Shown piece after piece: positions 1 to 10,320 of a stretch of DNA of 64,000 nucleotides. This stretch comes from Alphaproteobacteria bacterium (GTDB lineage: Bacteria; Pseudomonadota; Alphaproteobacteria; UBA9219). The notes beneath the pieces are model-generated. The model worked only from the letters and a program-made list of their open reading frames with translations, made no database searches and was not told the origin of the DNA. The DNA lies in the NCBI GenBank assembly GCA_041908065.1, contig JAYRGC010000070.1:33180-97179 (forward strand). Reading direction: 5' to 3'. The translations under genes were made by a program, and so were the position numbers. Within the stretch, counting starts at the first letter, position 1; the number at the start of each line of letters is the position of its first letter.

Positions 1-1048
1 GGCGGGCATACAGCCCAACGATATGATAACCCACATAGATTCCAAGCCGGTCACCGAGATGACGTTGAACGAGGCGGTGGACAAGATGCGCGGCCAGCCC
101 GGCACGAAAACCACTCTGACGCTGCGGCGCGGCGGGGTTACCGGACATCCGTTCGACATAACGCTGACTCGCGCCGTCATTCATATCCAAGCGGTAAGGT
201 GGGAGCCGAAGCAGGATATAGCCTATATTCGCGTCAAGACATTCAACGAGCAAACCCAGCCCGGGCTGGACAAGGCGTTGGCCGAGATAGACAAGCAAAT
301 GGGCGATAAATTGGCGGGATTCGTGCTGGATCTCCGCAATAATCCGGGCGGATTGCTGGATCAGGGAATATCGGTTGCCGGAACTTTCCTGCCCGTGGGC
401 AGGGAGATTGTGTCGACCCGAGGCCGCCATAAGGACGACAACCAATCATTCCCTTCCAAGAGCGGCGATAAAGGCCGCGGCAAGCCGATGGTGGTGTTGA
501 TCAACGGCGGTTCGGCCTCGGCCTCGGAAATCGTGGCCGGAGCGTTGCAGGATTATCGTCGGGCTGTGGTCGTCGGCACGAAAAGTTTCGGCAAGGGATC
601 GGTACAGACCATCATACCCGTTCCGGGCGGCGGAGCCATGAGGTTAACCACGGCTCGCTACTACACCCCGTCTGGACGTTCCATACAACAGCTGGGGATA
701 GAGCCAGACATCAACATCCCTATGGCCAAGGTTGAGGAGCTGGACGCCGGCAAGGGGGTGCGCGAAGCGGACTTGCGCGGAGCCTTGGCCAACGACACGG
801 CCAAGCTGAGGGAAACCGACAAGGAAAAGGATAAGGCCAGAAACCGCAAGGAAGACGAAGGAGAAGACGAAGGCGGCGACGATAAGAACGATAAGCAGTC
901 AAAGAGCGGCAAGACCGGAGAAAAGGAAGAGGCAAAGGATTACCAACTGTTGCGCGCCATCGACGTGGCTCGCGGCATCGCGCTGTTTTCCGGCAAGCCG
1001 GTTTCGACGCCAGCCGCCGCTCCTCTCGCGACGGAGACGCAGAAGTGA
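1..1048 (+). CDS. ctpA: Carboxy-terminal processing protease (S41 family, PDZ domain); 5' end lies outside the window
   Basis: In-frame upstream of nt 23 reads AGIQPNDMITHIDSKPV, a PDZ motif. Tail-specific protease signature GSASASEIVAGALQD is present, with a Lys/Glu-rich tail. Stop TGA at 1046-1048. Confidence 0.85.
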   Translation, partial: AGIQPNDMITHIDSKPVTEMTLNEAVDKMRGQPGTKTTLTLRRGGVTGHPFDITLTRAVIHIQAVRWEPKQDIAYIRVKTFNEQTQPGLDKALAEIDKQMGDKLAGFVLDLRNNPGGLLDQGISVAGTFLPVGREIVSTRGRHKDDNQSFPSKSGDKGRGKPMVVLINGGSASASEIVAGALQDYRRAVVVGTKSFGKGSVQTIIPVPGGGAMRLTTARYYTPSGRSIQQLGIEPDINIPMAKVEELDAGKGVREADLRGALANDTAKLRETDKEKDKARNRKEDEGEDEGGDDKNDKQSKSGKTGEKEEAKDYQLLRAIDVARGIALFSGKPVSTPAAAPLATETQK

Positions 1049-2169
1049 CTTTTTTAACCGCCGCCGAGGTTTGCTCCAGATACGGCCTGCCGCCTAGGCA
1101 GGAAACGTTTCTGGCGCGTTATCCACGCAGACTGAAACTGCGGATAACGGCGGCGGTCGCGGCGGCGATCGCGTCCGCATGGCTGGGATCCGTCTTGTGG
1201 AACAACTTCGGCGGTTCAGATGAACAAACGGAAACCGCTGCGGAATCCCCCTCGTTCGAACGGGCAACCGGACAACTGCATCCGGGCACTGAAGCCTCGC
1301 CGGAAGCGGCCGCGCAGCCCAAGACTTTTTCCGAGGCCGAGGCCATAGCCTCCAACGACGCCGGAGACGCCATCATCAATATGGTTCGCGCTCCCGACAT
1401 AGGATTGGTCGAAGACAGCGCGGAGGGAATGCTGCCCAAAATCGGCGAAAATGGCCGCAAGCCTTGGCAGGTGTACGCCCGCCCGTTCAACATCGCCGAC
1501 AAAAGGCCGCGCGTCGCCTTGGTCATAACCGGACTCGGCATGTCCAGAACGGCCACCGATTCCGTCATTCACAAAATGCCTTCGGCGGTAACGCTGGCGT
1601 TCGAAGCCCAAAGTCCGGTCGTAGGGGCGTGGATGGCGCGGGCGCGACAGGATAAACACGAAACGCTTTTGTCCGTTCCGATGGAGCCTTTCGATTATCC
1701 CAAAAGCGATCCCGGCCCCGGCTCGCTGTTGACGAATTTGCCGGACGACGAAAATCTCCAGCGTCTATACCGCTCTATGCGCAAAGGAACCGGCTATGTG
1801 GGAATAACGACATCCACCGGATCGCGCTTTACGACGAATCCAAGCAAATTAACGCCGATAATCGAGGTCATCAACCAACGCGGACTGTTGGCCTTCGATA
1901 CAAGGGTCGCTCCGCAAAGCACCTTCAACGAGTTGGCGCGGCGCGTCCACATTCCTTCAGCCATCAGCACCTTGCAGGTGGACGCGGATCCCCAGCCGGA
2001 GGCCATTGACGCGGCCTTGTCCCAGCTTGAGCAAACCGCGAAGCTGACCGGCGGAGCCATAGGAGTAGCGTCCCCGTTGCCGGTGACCGTGGAAAGGTTG
2101 GCGTTGTGGGTTGAGCAGCTGTCCAGCCGTGGCATAGCCCTCGCCCCGCTTTCCGCGATGGTGGAATAG
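1045..2169 (+). CDS. Divergent polysaccharide deacetylase family protein (YibQ-like)
   Basis: GTG start overlaps the ctpA stop (GTGA). N-terminal transmembrane (TM) segment and conserved ctpA-downstream synteny in alphaproteobacteria. Motifs RVALVITGLGMS and HIPSAIS. Confidence 0.7.
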   Translation: MTFLTAAEVCSRYGLPPRQETFLARYPRRLKLRITAAVAAAIASAWLGSVLWNNFGGSDEQTETAAESPSFERATGQLHPGTEASPEAAAQPKTFSEAEAIASNDAGDAIINMVRAPDIGLVEDSAEGMLPKIGENGRKPWQVYARPFNIADKRPRVALVITGLGMSRTATDSVIHKMPSAVTLAFEAQSPVVGAWMARARQDKHETLLSVPMEPFDYPKSDPGPGSLLTNLPDDENLQRLYRSMRKGTGYVGITTSTGSRFTTNPSKLTPIIEVINQRGLLAFDTRVAPQSTFNELARRVHIPSAISTLQVDADPQPEAIDAALSQLEQTAKLTGGAIGVASPLPVTVERLALWVEQLSSRGIALAPLSAMVE

Positions 2170-2178
2170 AGCATTTTC

Positions 2179-2446
2179 GGCTCTCACCCAAAACGGGTGG
2201 GTGGTTTTACATTTAAACGCAACGCAAACACCGTCATTGCGAAGTTACGGCCAAAGGCCGTCATTGCGAAGTTACGGCCAAAGGCTGTCTGCGAGCCGCC
2301 CCCTTTGGTTTGGACAGCGTTAACGCTGTCGGGCGGCGAAGCAATCCAGAGCAGTTGCGCCTGTGGCACTGGATTGCTTCGCCGCCAAGGGGCGGCTCGC
2401 AATGACGGCCCTTTTAAGGTAATACCCACCCGTTTTGCGTAAGAGC
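2179..2446. repeat. MITE-like element copy A (TIR ggctct[c/t]acccaaaacgggtgggt ... tacccacccgttttgcgtaagagcc)
   Basis: Terminal inverted repeats at 2179-2203 and 2422-2446. Internal 2x tandem 27-bp unit gtcattgcgaagttacggccaaaggc. Hairpin ggcggcgaagcaatccag...ctggattgcttcgccgcc. Confidence 0.85.
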
Positions 2447-2532
2447 CACTTTTTGGTTGTAGAGCAGATTCACGCGAACGGTTTGCGCTGAAGCGCGTAA
2501 AACTTATCGCGATCTGCTCTAATTCGCCGGAA

Positions 2533-3186
2533 TTACGCGCTTTCGGCCACCATGGCCAAGGTTATCCGCCTTTTTTTATGCCGAGCCGCCGCTTCGTCCA
2601 ATCTGTTCGCCAGAGCCCGCAAGGCGGCGGGAGAGCGTTCGCAGGTCTTCAATATCCGGTCTATCGCCGCTTCGTCGCAATCCAGCCGCCGATCCGACAA
2701 CAGCTTGGCCAGAACCAAAGCCAACATGTCGTCGTCGGGAGGGAGCAATTCGGCGGAGACGATCGCGTTGAGGCGGGAGGAAAGATCCGGCAACCGCACC
2801 CCCCATCGCGACGGCGGGGACGAAGCGGCCAGCAATAGCCAGCCCCTTTGTTCGACCACGCGGTTATAGAGATGGAAAAGCCCGCGTTCCCTGTCATCGT
2901 TTCCGGCCACGGCGTCGGCATTGTCCACGGCCAGCATCGCCCCTTTTTCGGCCACGAAATCGCGCGAGTAGTCGGATAGCGCGGACACGTCCAGTTCCGC
3001 GCCGCCGCTGGTATTTCTCCATACCTTCAGCAGGTGGGTTTTGCCGGATCCCGAAGCTCCGTGGATTATGGCCGACCGCGTTTCGTTTCCCCACGACATC
3101 GGCCATCCGGCAATCAGCTTCCGCGCCGCCGCGTTGGAAGCCGATGGTATGAAATCGCAGGATTCCATGGCGTCGGCAGCCGGCAT
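2533..3186 (-). CDS. hdaA: DnaA regulatory inactivator HdaA (DnaA-homologue AAA+)
   Basis: QLPLV N-terminal motif, Walker A GASGSGKTHLL, and Hda-like C-terminus. ATG at 3186-3184. The ORF extension up to 3780 is Arg-rich, overlaps the AI-2E gene, and is judged non-coding. Confidence 0.75.
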   Translation of the reverse strand: MPAADAMESCDFIPSASNAAARKLIAGWPMSWGNETRSAIIHGASGSGKTHLLKVWRNTSGGAELDVSALSDYSRDFVAEKGAMLAVDNADAVAGNDDRERGLFHLYNRVVEQRGWLLLAASSPPSRWGVRLPDLSSRLNAIVSAELLPPDDDMLALVLAKLLSDRRLDCDEAAIDRILKTCERSPAALRALANRLDEAAARHKKRRITLAMVAESA

Positions 3187-3230
3187 GACCAAAGGGAGCT
3201 GCTCGGCAGAACGATCAAAAGGGAAAAGGT

Positions 3231-4445
3231 TCACTTCTTGTCCCCGTGATAGACCGAGCTGGATCGGTATTTCCGCAGGGCAAAACGCACCAAAACCCCC
3301 ATCACCGCCGCGACCGGAACGGCTATCAACACTCCGACGAAGCCCAAAAGGCTGCCTCCGGCGAACAACGCGAACAGTATCCAGACCGGATGCAATCCCA
3401 CACGATCCCCGACGAGCTTGGGGGTGAGAACGTAGCCTTCCAATATCTGGCCGACCAAAAACACGCCTAAAACCACGCCTATCCGCCATGCTTCGTCGAA
3501 CTGGAGCAGGGCCAGCCCCAATCCCGCCACCAGACCGAATGTGGAGCCGACATAGGGGACGAACGACAACGCTCCGGCGATTATCCCTACGGTAGCCCCG
3601 TAATGCAGCCCCGCTGCGGTAAGTCCTGCGCTGTATATGAAGCCTAGAGCTAGGCAGACCATCGCCTGTCCGCGCACGAAACCGGACAAGGCGCGGTTCA
3701 CCTCCCCCAGCTCCTGCTTTATGGTGTCGCGATGGCGGCGCGGCAGGAGCCTGTCCACCGCCTCGGTCAGTTTCGGCCAATCCCGCAGCATGTAAAAAGC
3801 CACCACCGGCGTGATTATCATCAAGGCCAGAACGTCGAATATCGCGAAGCTCCCGTCAACCAGTTTCCGCAAGATCCGCCCCGCCCATACCACCGCGTCT
3901 CCGGCGTACTGTCCGGCGGCCTCGCGGAATCTGTCCATGTCCTGAGGAGAGATGTCGCCGACCATGCTCTCTAGCTTGGGCAGCAACGTGGAGCGAAAGG
4001 ATTCCGCGTACCCGGGCATCGCCCGCAGCAAAGCCGCTATCTGCCCTTGCAGCAAGGGTATCAACAGCGTCAACAAGAATAGTCCCAGAGTCAAAAATCC
4101 CAACATGGCCAGCATTGTTCCAAGCCAGCGCGGGATCTTGAATCCGGACAGGTAGCTAACGACCGGATCGAGAAAATACGCCAAGGCCAATCCGGCCACG
4201 AACGGCAAGAGCATGGGCTTCAACGCCCACACCAATATCGCGAAAACCGCGAATACGGCTCCCCAGAAACGGGTTTGGGCGGAAAGGGTTGTGTCTGACA
4301 CCGGCGCATCCTCCTGAAAAACGGCGTTTTTGCCTAAACCTCTGTTAGGCCGCATAATTTCAACGAGACGAAATATATTCGCAAACGCGGCGAAAATCCA
4401 TGAAGTCTCAAATTGCTTGGAACGCTTACGGCTTGGGGTTATCAT
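3231..4445 (-). CDS. AI-2E family transporter (PerM/YhhT-like)
   Basis: Multiple TM helices. Motifs LPFVAGLALAYFLDPVV and GLVAGLGLALLQF. Start codon uncertain. Confidence 0.75.
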   Translation of the reverse strand: MITPSRKRSKQFETSWIFAAFANIFRLVEIMRPNRGLGKNAVFQEDAPVSDTTLSAQTRFWGAVFAVFAILVWALKPMLLPFVAGLALAYFLDPVVSYLSGFKIPRWLGTMLAMLGFLTLGLFLLTLLIPLLQGQIAALLRAMPGYAESFRSTLLPKLESMVGDISPQDMDRFREAAGQYAGDAVVWAGRILRKLVDGSFAIFDVLALMIITPVVAFYMLRDWPKLTEAVDRLLPRRHRDTIKQELGEVNRALSGFVRGQAMVCLALGFIYSAGLTAAGLHYGATVGIIAGALSFVPYVGSTFGLVAGLGLALLQFDEAWRIGVVLGVFLVGQILEGYVLTPKLVGDRVGLHPVWILFALFAGGSLLGFVGVLIAVPVAAVMGVLVRFALRKYRSSSVYHGDKK

Positions 4446-4520
4446 CCGCAGCGAAGCGATCGCGATTCGTAGGCTGCGTTCGCTGGCGTTAGCTGTCGTA
4501 TCGACAACGGACTGGGAGGT

Positions 4521-5564
4521 GTGATGTTCTCGCGTTTAATGGGTAGATCGTCATTCAGTTCCGCGTGTCTGGCCGCAGTCGCGTTTTCGGTAGCTGCCTT
4601 GGCAACTACGCCGTCAGCGTTCGCGGCGAACGACACGGCTTCCAGCATCTTGTCGCAAATAAACCCCTCCGGCGGAACCGCTCCATCCGATCTGTTCAAC
4701 CGCAAGGCGACGCCTCCCGACATAGCCTCGATTCCGGTTCTCAACAACATGACGAAAGTGGGGGCGAAGCTGCATTATATCGGCGAGCGTTCCGGCATAC
4801 ACGGATGGTTTATCATCAAGGACGGGCAGATACAGGTCGTTTACCTGTCGCCAGACAAGCGCAGCGCGATAATGGGCGCGATGTTCACGGATAACGGCGA
4901 AAACGTCACCGGCCCCCAAGTGGAATCCCTATCTACCGCCGACAAGTCGGTCGAAGCCTTGGTCGCCGAAAGCGCGCGCCAAGAAGGCGCTGTGATGATG
5001 GCGGGGCTTGCCCCGGGCGGATCGGCGAACGTGCAGGGCGCGAAAGCTCCGGCGGCTAGCACGGGGAAGAATGACGCGCCAACCACGTTGGCCTTCCCTC
5101 TGCCGCCCGGGGAAAGATTGTTGAACGACATGCAAGCGGCGGCGGGCGTGGTGCTGGGAAAATCCGACGCGCCGTTGTTGTTCATGATGGTCGATCCCAA
5201 CTGCCCCCATTGCAAATCGACGTGGCGGGAACTTAGGGAAAGCGTGACCTCCGGCAAGCTCCAGATCAAGCTGGTTCCCATCGGATATTTGCGCCCCGAC
5301 AGTCCGAAAATCTCCGCCCAGCTTTTGCGCGCCGCCGATCCTCTGTCGGCTTGGGATAAATACGCCGAAGGCGACGCTTCGGAATTGGCGGGCGAACCGG
5401 ATCCAACGTTCTTGCAAGCCATTCGCAACAACCAGCTGATGTCCGAGAAATGGCATATCTCGGGAACGCCCTATCTGGTGTACCGCGCCAAAGGCGGATC
5501 CATCAAGATAGTGCAAGGCAAGCCAGATCGCATGCCAGCGGTTTTGTCAGATTTGCTCAGGTGA
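4521..5564 (+). CDS. Periplasmic thiol:disulfide interchange protein, DsbC/DsbG-like (N-terminal dimerisation domain plus thioredoxin fold with CPHC)
   Basis: Signal peptide ...ATTPSAFA. CPHC active site. Downstream cis-Pro region GTPYLVY. Confidence 0.65.
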   Translation: MMFSRLMGRSSFSSACLAAVAFSVAALATTPSAFAANDTASSILSQINPSGGTAPSDLFNRKATPPDIASIPVLNNMTKVGAKLHYIGERSGIHGWFIIKDGQIQVVYLSPDKRSAIMGAMFTDNGENVTGPQVESLSTADKSVEALVAESARQEGAVMMAGLAPGGSANVQGAKAPAASTGKNDAPTTLAFPLPPGERLLNDMQAAAGVVLGKSDAPLLFMMVDPNCPHCKSTWRELRESVTSGKLQIKLVPIGYLRPDSPKISAQLLRAADPLSAWDKYAEGDASELAGEPDPTFLQAIRNNQLMSEKWHISGTPYLVYRAKGGSIKIVQGKPDRMPAVLSDLLR

Positions 5565-5570
5565 CGTACA

Positions 5571-5864
5571 ATGGGGGGATGGCTGCAAAAGGCGAGCGAT
5601 AAAACCAGATCCAACATCGGAAAAGTCTCGGCTTCTTCTCTTCCCGCCCTGCGCAACTGGGACAGGTTAGTAAAAACCTTCGAGGGCGAGGGAAAGTCGG
5701 GGGAATTGCCCAACGCTTCGCTGGTTTACGGCGTGGGCAGCGCGATTTTGATCGCGGTCGCGGCGTTTTTCATCATAGGTGGCAGCTATGCCAGCGGCCT
5801 GCTGGTTTTGATACCCGCCGCCGGATTATTGGGCTTCGCCCTTTATTTCCTGAAATACCGCTGA
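5571..5864 (+). CDS. Small membrane protein, hypothetical
   Basis: Two predicted TM helices in the C-terminal half. No recognisable family. Confidence 0.35.
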   Translation: MGGWLQKASDKTRSNIGKVSASSLPALRNWDRLVKTFEGEGKSGELPNASLVYGVGSAILIAVAAFFIIGGSYASGLLVLIPAAGLLGFALYFLKYR

Positions 5865-5889
5865 TCCTGTTTCCGGCGCGGGTTTCTCT

Positions 5890-8800
5890 TCATTTGGTGA
5901 AAAACAGGTTGCGTAAGAATCCCGGGGTCAACAACGAGATGGGGTTCACGCTTATCGACGGATCGGACAAATTCCCTTTGACCGTATAGGCGGCGGCGAT
6001 GACGCCTTGGCCGTCGCCGCCGGTTATCACGTCGCCTAGTATCGGTATCATGTTGATCATGCGATTGAAGAAGCTGAAAGGAACCAGCGTTCCGCTTAGA
6101 TCCGCCATTCCGGTTTCGATGTTCAGCTTGCCGTTGACGTTGATCCCCACCGAGGCTCCGGAAGTCTGAACCTCGCGCAATTCCGCCCAATCGCCTTCAA
6201 GGCGGAATTTGCCGCGCAAGCGATCGAAGCCGGAAGATCCGCCCGACAGCAAGTCGGCGAATCCCAAAGGCGACATGGCGTCCAAAAGCCGCATAAGAAC
6301 CGGCAATCCCGAAACCGAGAAGTTGCCGATGTCAATGTCACCCTCGATCGCGTCCTGATTGTCGGAAGGCGTAGTCCCTTTTATCACCAGCTTCCCGCCG
6401 TTGACCGCCTCCGACAGCCCTGCTCCTTTCAAAGCCTTGCCGAAATCGTCGCAAACCACGGACAGGGTTCGTTTAGGCGGTTGAGCGGCCTTGATGGCGT
6501 TGGGGGACTTCTTACCGCCCTTCGCCGCCACCGCCGTCGTCTCTGGCAACAACGCCACCCGCAACGGATGCGTGCCGTCGGCGACGCCTTGCAGATCTAT
6601 TTCCTCCCACCCCTTGGACGAACGCGAAGCCCTCCCCCGCAGATCCGAGATAAATCCGTTTTCTCCGGTATAAAGCCTTTCCAACCGGAAAACGTATTCT
6701 TTACCAACGACGCCGTCCGCGCCGCCGCCCTTGGCGTCGTCGGAAGAGGAGGCCAGTATTCCGCTGGCGTCAAAAGATTTTCCTTCCACTGTGAACTTGG
6801 TCTTGCCGCCGTCAGGACGAAACAGTCCGATTTTAGCATCGGTGCGGCCTACCGAAATATTATCCATTTCCAACCGCGCCAGACGGCTGCCGCTTTCGTC
6901 CAAGGCCGCCGAGCCTTTGGCCGAGATGCCCGATCCTTGCAACGATAGATAGTCTATTTTAACGGCTCCCGAAGCCGGAATGTCGGCGGCAAACTCTGCA
7001 ACGACCGCGATTCCGGCGGGCTTGTTCCAGTTTATCTCCCGCGCGTTGATCGTCGCCTGCCGCAGATCGACGCTGCCGGAAAGCCGCGAAGGCTTGTCCC
7101 CGCCTTTGAAAAACTTCAGCGCGGCAACGGTGGGGCCTTGGCCGTATTCCGTGAGATCCAAACCAAGTTGCCGCCATTGCTCCATGGTGACGGGGCCGGA
7201 CAAATCAGCTTGATGCGAAGGATGCCCCGACGCGGCGGAGGCGAACTCGGTTCGCCATACCGCCTGAAAAGGAACTCCGGCGATGGCCGCCGAGCCTTTC
7301 AGCTCCAATCCGTCCTTGTCGAGGCTCAGATCCAACGTGCCATCCGACACGTCCATGCCTCCCGCCAACTTTTTCGCGCCGAACCCCGACAGCTTGGCCG
7401 CTGCCTTAAGATCCACATCGGAAAACTTAACGTCGTCCAAAAGCGGCAGTTTCAGTTCCAAAGTGCCGGAGACCATTTGCCCGTCGCAGTCTTCGGGCTT
7501 CACCCCAACTTCCTTGGCGTACCCGAGCGGCGGGGAATCTATTATGGCAATCACCTCGCGCACCGGACCTGACAGGTTCAGCGGGACAGATAAATACTGG
7601 ACGTCCTTTTCAAAATCCGTAAGCTGAACGACCGAAGGCAGAATCTTGACCTTGCCCACGTTGCCGGACGCGACATTTATGTCCATGTGGCGCAAGTCGA
7701 ACACGGCGTCGGCGGACACGTTTTCCACCGGCGGCATTCCTTCGACGTAACGCGCCGTGGAACCGGAAATGGCCAGCTTCCCCTCTCCGGAATCGACGGA
7801 GGAATTGGCGTAGTCGTTCATATCCACCCGTCCGCGCAGCGTGGCCTCCCCCGCCGTCAAGGATCCCTTGGACACGTTGGCTACTATCCATTCTCTGGCT
7901 TCGGGGATCGCCGTCTTGGGCCAGATGGCGGAATAGTCGTCCATCGGCAGATCGGTAAGGCCAAGCTGGACGACGAACGGGGCTTCGCGCAAGGCGGCGT
8001 CGGGGGAAGGAAGCGAGACATCGCCCTTGGCAGACAGTTTGCTTCCGCCGAAATCGACATCGAAGGCGGAAATATCCACCTTGCGCTCCGTCCCGTCATA
8101 GGTGGCCGACAGCGAAGCCTTGGCTATTTCCCTAGGATTGTCCCATAAATCGGGAACGTTCAGTTTTCCCGCGCCGCCCGTCACGTTCAACGACAACAAG
8201 GAAAGCTCGCCGTTACGGGCGGATTTCAGCATTACCTCGCCGTCCATAGGCGCGTCGACCGCCGACAAAAAGCCGAGTTTGGGGTGCTTGTCGGAGAAAA
8301 AGCGGGGATTTATGCCGCTGAAGCGCAGCGACACCGCGTGCATTCCATCGCCTTTGCCGTCGAAGCGGTAACTGGCGTAGATCGGGGCTACGATTTCGCC
8401 CTGAGACACCTCTATTTGAGCGGAACCTTCCAGCATAGCCCCTTGGCGGCGAAGATAAACCGAGGGCACGGCCACCGCCCAATCGCTGCCGGTCTCTTCG
8501 TCGCGGACCGACACCGCGGCTCCGGAAATCCCTATCGCCTTGGGCATGTAGGCGTTTAAGGAAAATCCGCCTTCGTCTTCGCCGGTTCCCATTCCGCCGA
8601 AGGAAAATCCTCCGCCGGTCGTCCTAAGCAGGGCGATGCGCGGCCTTTCCAGAAATATCTCGGAAGGCACGAAATTGCCCAGCAGCATTCCGGTGACGCC
8701 AAATTTAACCAGCAGATATGGGGCTTCGGCTATCGCCGCCCCCGTTTCGTCGCGCAGTTTGAAATTGTCGGCGCGCAAGGACACCGAAAAATCAGAATTG

Positions 8801-9000
8801 TCCCATTTGACTTCGCTGTGGCCAATTTCGGCTTTGGTTTCGGGCAACGCGGCCTCTATGGCGTCGATCATGTGCGGGGTCAAAACCGTCGAGCTGCCCG
8901 ATTGCGACACTACCCATCCCGCCAGCAGCGCAAGCAGGAAGATGGCCGCTCCGACCAAGGAGGCCGCTATTTCGATTGTTTTCTTGAGGACGAGAGGCAT
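5890..9000 (-). CDS. YhdP/AsmA2-family large envelope protein (DUF3971-like)
   Basis: N-terminal TM anchor. 1036 aa of beta-rich repeats. Conserved C-terminal tail ...ILGDVITGGDGQGVIAAAYTVKGNLSDPSISVNPISLLTPGFLRNLF. Confidence 0.65.
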   Translation of the reverse strand: MPLVLKKTIEIAASLVGAAIFLLALLAGWVVSQSGSSTVLTPHMIDAIEAALPETKAEIGHSEVKWDNSDFSVSLRADNFKLRDETGAAIAEAPYLLVKFGVTGMLLGNFVPSEIFLERPRIALLRTTGGGFSFGGMGTGEDEGGFSLNAYMPKAIGISGAAVSVRDEETGSDWAVAVPSVYLRRQGAMLEGSAQIEVSQGEIVAPIYASYRFDGKGDGMHAVSLRFSGINPRFFSDKHPKLGFLSAVDAPMDGEVMLKSARNGELSLLSLNVTGGAGKLNVPDLWDNPREIAKASLSATYDGTERKVDISAFDVDFGGSKLSAKGDVSLPSPDAALREAPFVVQLGLTDLPMDDYSAIWPKTAIPEAREWIVANVSKGSLTAGEATLRGRVDMNDYANSSVDSGEGKLAISGSTARYVEGMPPVENVSADAVFDLRHMDINVASGNVGKVKILPSVVQLTDFEKDVQYLSVPLNLSGPVREVIAIIDSPPLGYAKEVGVKPEDCDGQMVSGTLELKLPLLDDVKFSDVDLKAAAKLSGFGAKKLAGGMDVSDGTLDLSLDKDGLELKGSAAIAGVPFQAVWRTEFASAASGHPSHQADLSGPVTMEQWRQLGLDLTEYGQGPTVAALKFFKGGDKPSRLSGSVDLRQATINAREINWNKPAGIAVVAEFAADIPASGAVKIDYLSLQGSGISAKGSAALDESGSRLARLEMDNISVGRTDAKIGLFRPDGGKTKFTVEGKSFDASGILASSSDDAKGGGADGVVGKEYVFRLERLYTGENGFISDLRGRASRSSKGWEEIDLQGVADGTHPLRVALLPETTAVAAKGGKKSPNAIKAAQPPKRTLSVVCDDFGKALKGAGLSEAVNGGKLVIKGTTPSDNQDAIEGDIDIGNFSVSGLPVLMRLLDAMSPLGFADLLSGGSSGFDRLRGKFRLEGDWAELREVQTSGASVGINVNGKLNIETGMADLSGTLVPFSFFNRMINMIPILGDVITGGDGQGVIAAAYTVKGNLSDPSISVNPISLLTPGFLRNLFFTK

Positions 9001-9148
9001 GACGGCGGGGAATGTATCACATAATCGGCGTCAGGAAAGCGGCTCGAAGCGGTTTTTATCCCAACTTCTTCCCCCACCTTGACAGCCAAGCCATTTATGG
9101 CTGATCTTGGGCGCGTGATTTCAGTGTCAACCAAATGCGGGTATTTCC

Positions 9149-9790
9149 ATGCAACTTTCCGTAAAAGGCAAACAGATAGACGTGGGCGACGCTCTGCGCG
9201 AACACGTCTCGTCCAATCTGCCGGAAGTGGTGGGCAAGTACTTCGGCGGATCGATAGACGCCAACGTTACATTTTCGCGCGAAGCCCATATGTTTCGCGC
9301 CGATATAACCGTTCACGTCGGACGAGGCATGACGTTGCAAAGCAACGCTAGCGCAAGCGAGCCTTATCCGGCCTTTGATCTGGCCGCCGAGAGGCTGTCG
9401 GAAAGATTGCGCCGCCAAAAGACCCGGATAAAGAACCACCACAAGGACAACCGCCAAGAGCAGGAGGAGGCTTGGCTGGCCCAATCCTTCGTCCTTCCTC
9501 CCGACGGCGGCGAAAGCGAACCGTCCGAAGGCGGCGACAATAATCCGGTCATAGTCGCCGAGACCACGACCAACATCGAAAACCTGACGGTTAGCGAAGC
9601 GGTGATGCGTCTGGATCTGGGCGATCTTCCCGCCCTTATGTTCCGCAATCGCGGCCACGGCGGATTGAATATGATCTATCGCCGCCCCGACGGCCACATC
9701 GGTTGGGTCGATCCGGCCGCCTCGGCTCAAGCCACTGCCTTGGCCGCTCCGGCCAAAGCCGCCGCCAAATCCGTCAAAGCTCGCGGATAA
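9149..9790 (+). CDS. hpf: Ribosome hibernation-promoting factor (long HPF/YfiA)
   Basis: MQLSVKGKQIDVGDALREHV N-terminus. C-terminal dimerisation domain. ptsN follows immediately. Confidence 0.85.
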   Translation: MQLSVKGKQIDVGDALREHVSSNLPEVVGKYFGGSIDANVTFSREAHMFRADITVHVGRGMTLQSNASASEPYPAFDLAAERLSERLRRQKTRIKNHHKDNRQEQEEAWLAQSFVLPPDGGESEPSEGGDNNPVIVAETTTNIENLTVSEAVMRLDLGDLPALMFRNRGHGGLNMIYRRPDGHIGWVDPAASAQATALAAPAKAAAKSVKARG

Positions 9791-9795
9791 ATCGC

Positions 9796-10275
9796 ATGAA
9801 CGGAAAAAACGCCATCGGCGATCTGCTGAAGCAGAGGTGCGTGTTCGCGAACATAGAGGCGAGCGGTCGAAAGCAGTTGATCCAAACCTTGTCCGATCTG
9901 GCAGCCACAGCCTTCGATCTGGAAGCCCATGCCGTGTTCGACGTGCTGTGGGAGAGGGAAAAACTCGGAACCACCGGCATCGGCCATGGCATAGCCATTC
10001 CCCACGCGAAGATGACGGTTTTGGAAAACGTGAAGGGCATATTCGTCAAACTGGCGGAGCCGGTGGCTTTCGACGCCGTGGACGACAAGCCGGTGGATCT
10101 GGTGTTTTTGCTGCTGTCGCCGGAATCCGCCGCCGCCGATCATCTCCAAGCCTTGGCCGCCGTGTCGAGGTTGCTGCGCGACGCCGCCTTATGCAAAGTG
10201 TTGCGTTCAGCCAAGGATCCCGAAGCCTTGTACAAAAGGCTGACGCAAGCGAACGCGGATGCGGAAACGGCGTAG
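9796..10275 (+). CDS. ptsN: PTS IIA-like nitrogen regulatory protein PtsN (EIIA-Ntr)
   Basis: ATG at 9796. HxxH active-site region GIGHGIAIPHAKM. hpf-ptsN synteny. Confidence 0.85.
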   Translation: MNGKNAIGDLLKQRCVFANIEASGRKQLIQTLSDLAATAFDLEAHAVFDVLWEREKLGTTGIGHGIAIPHAKMTVLENVKGIFVKLAEPVAFDAVDDKPVDLVFLLLSPESAAADHLQALAAVSRLLRDAALCKVLRSAKDPEALYKRLTQANADAETA

Positions 10276-10320
10276 AACGAAAAAGTATTTATCTGTTATG
10301 CCACAGGCTTAAGCAAGCGC

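Noticed and set aside
2197-2442. 81-aa ORF encoding VIAKLRPKAVIAKLRPKA..., with similar ORFs in other MITE copies (22419-22661, 55154-55470)
   Set aside because: It is a translation artefact of the tandem 27-bp MITE units. It recurs in both orientations without start or RBS context.
3187-3780. N-terminal 200-aa extension of the hdaA ORF
   Set aside because: It is Arg/Gly-rich, overlaps the AI-2E transporter gene on the same strand in another frame, and the Hda homology starts at QLPLV. ATG at 3186 was chosen instead.
9095-9730. 211-aa ORF antisense to hpf
   Set aside because: It overlaps a well-supported hpf gene and has no family features.
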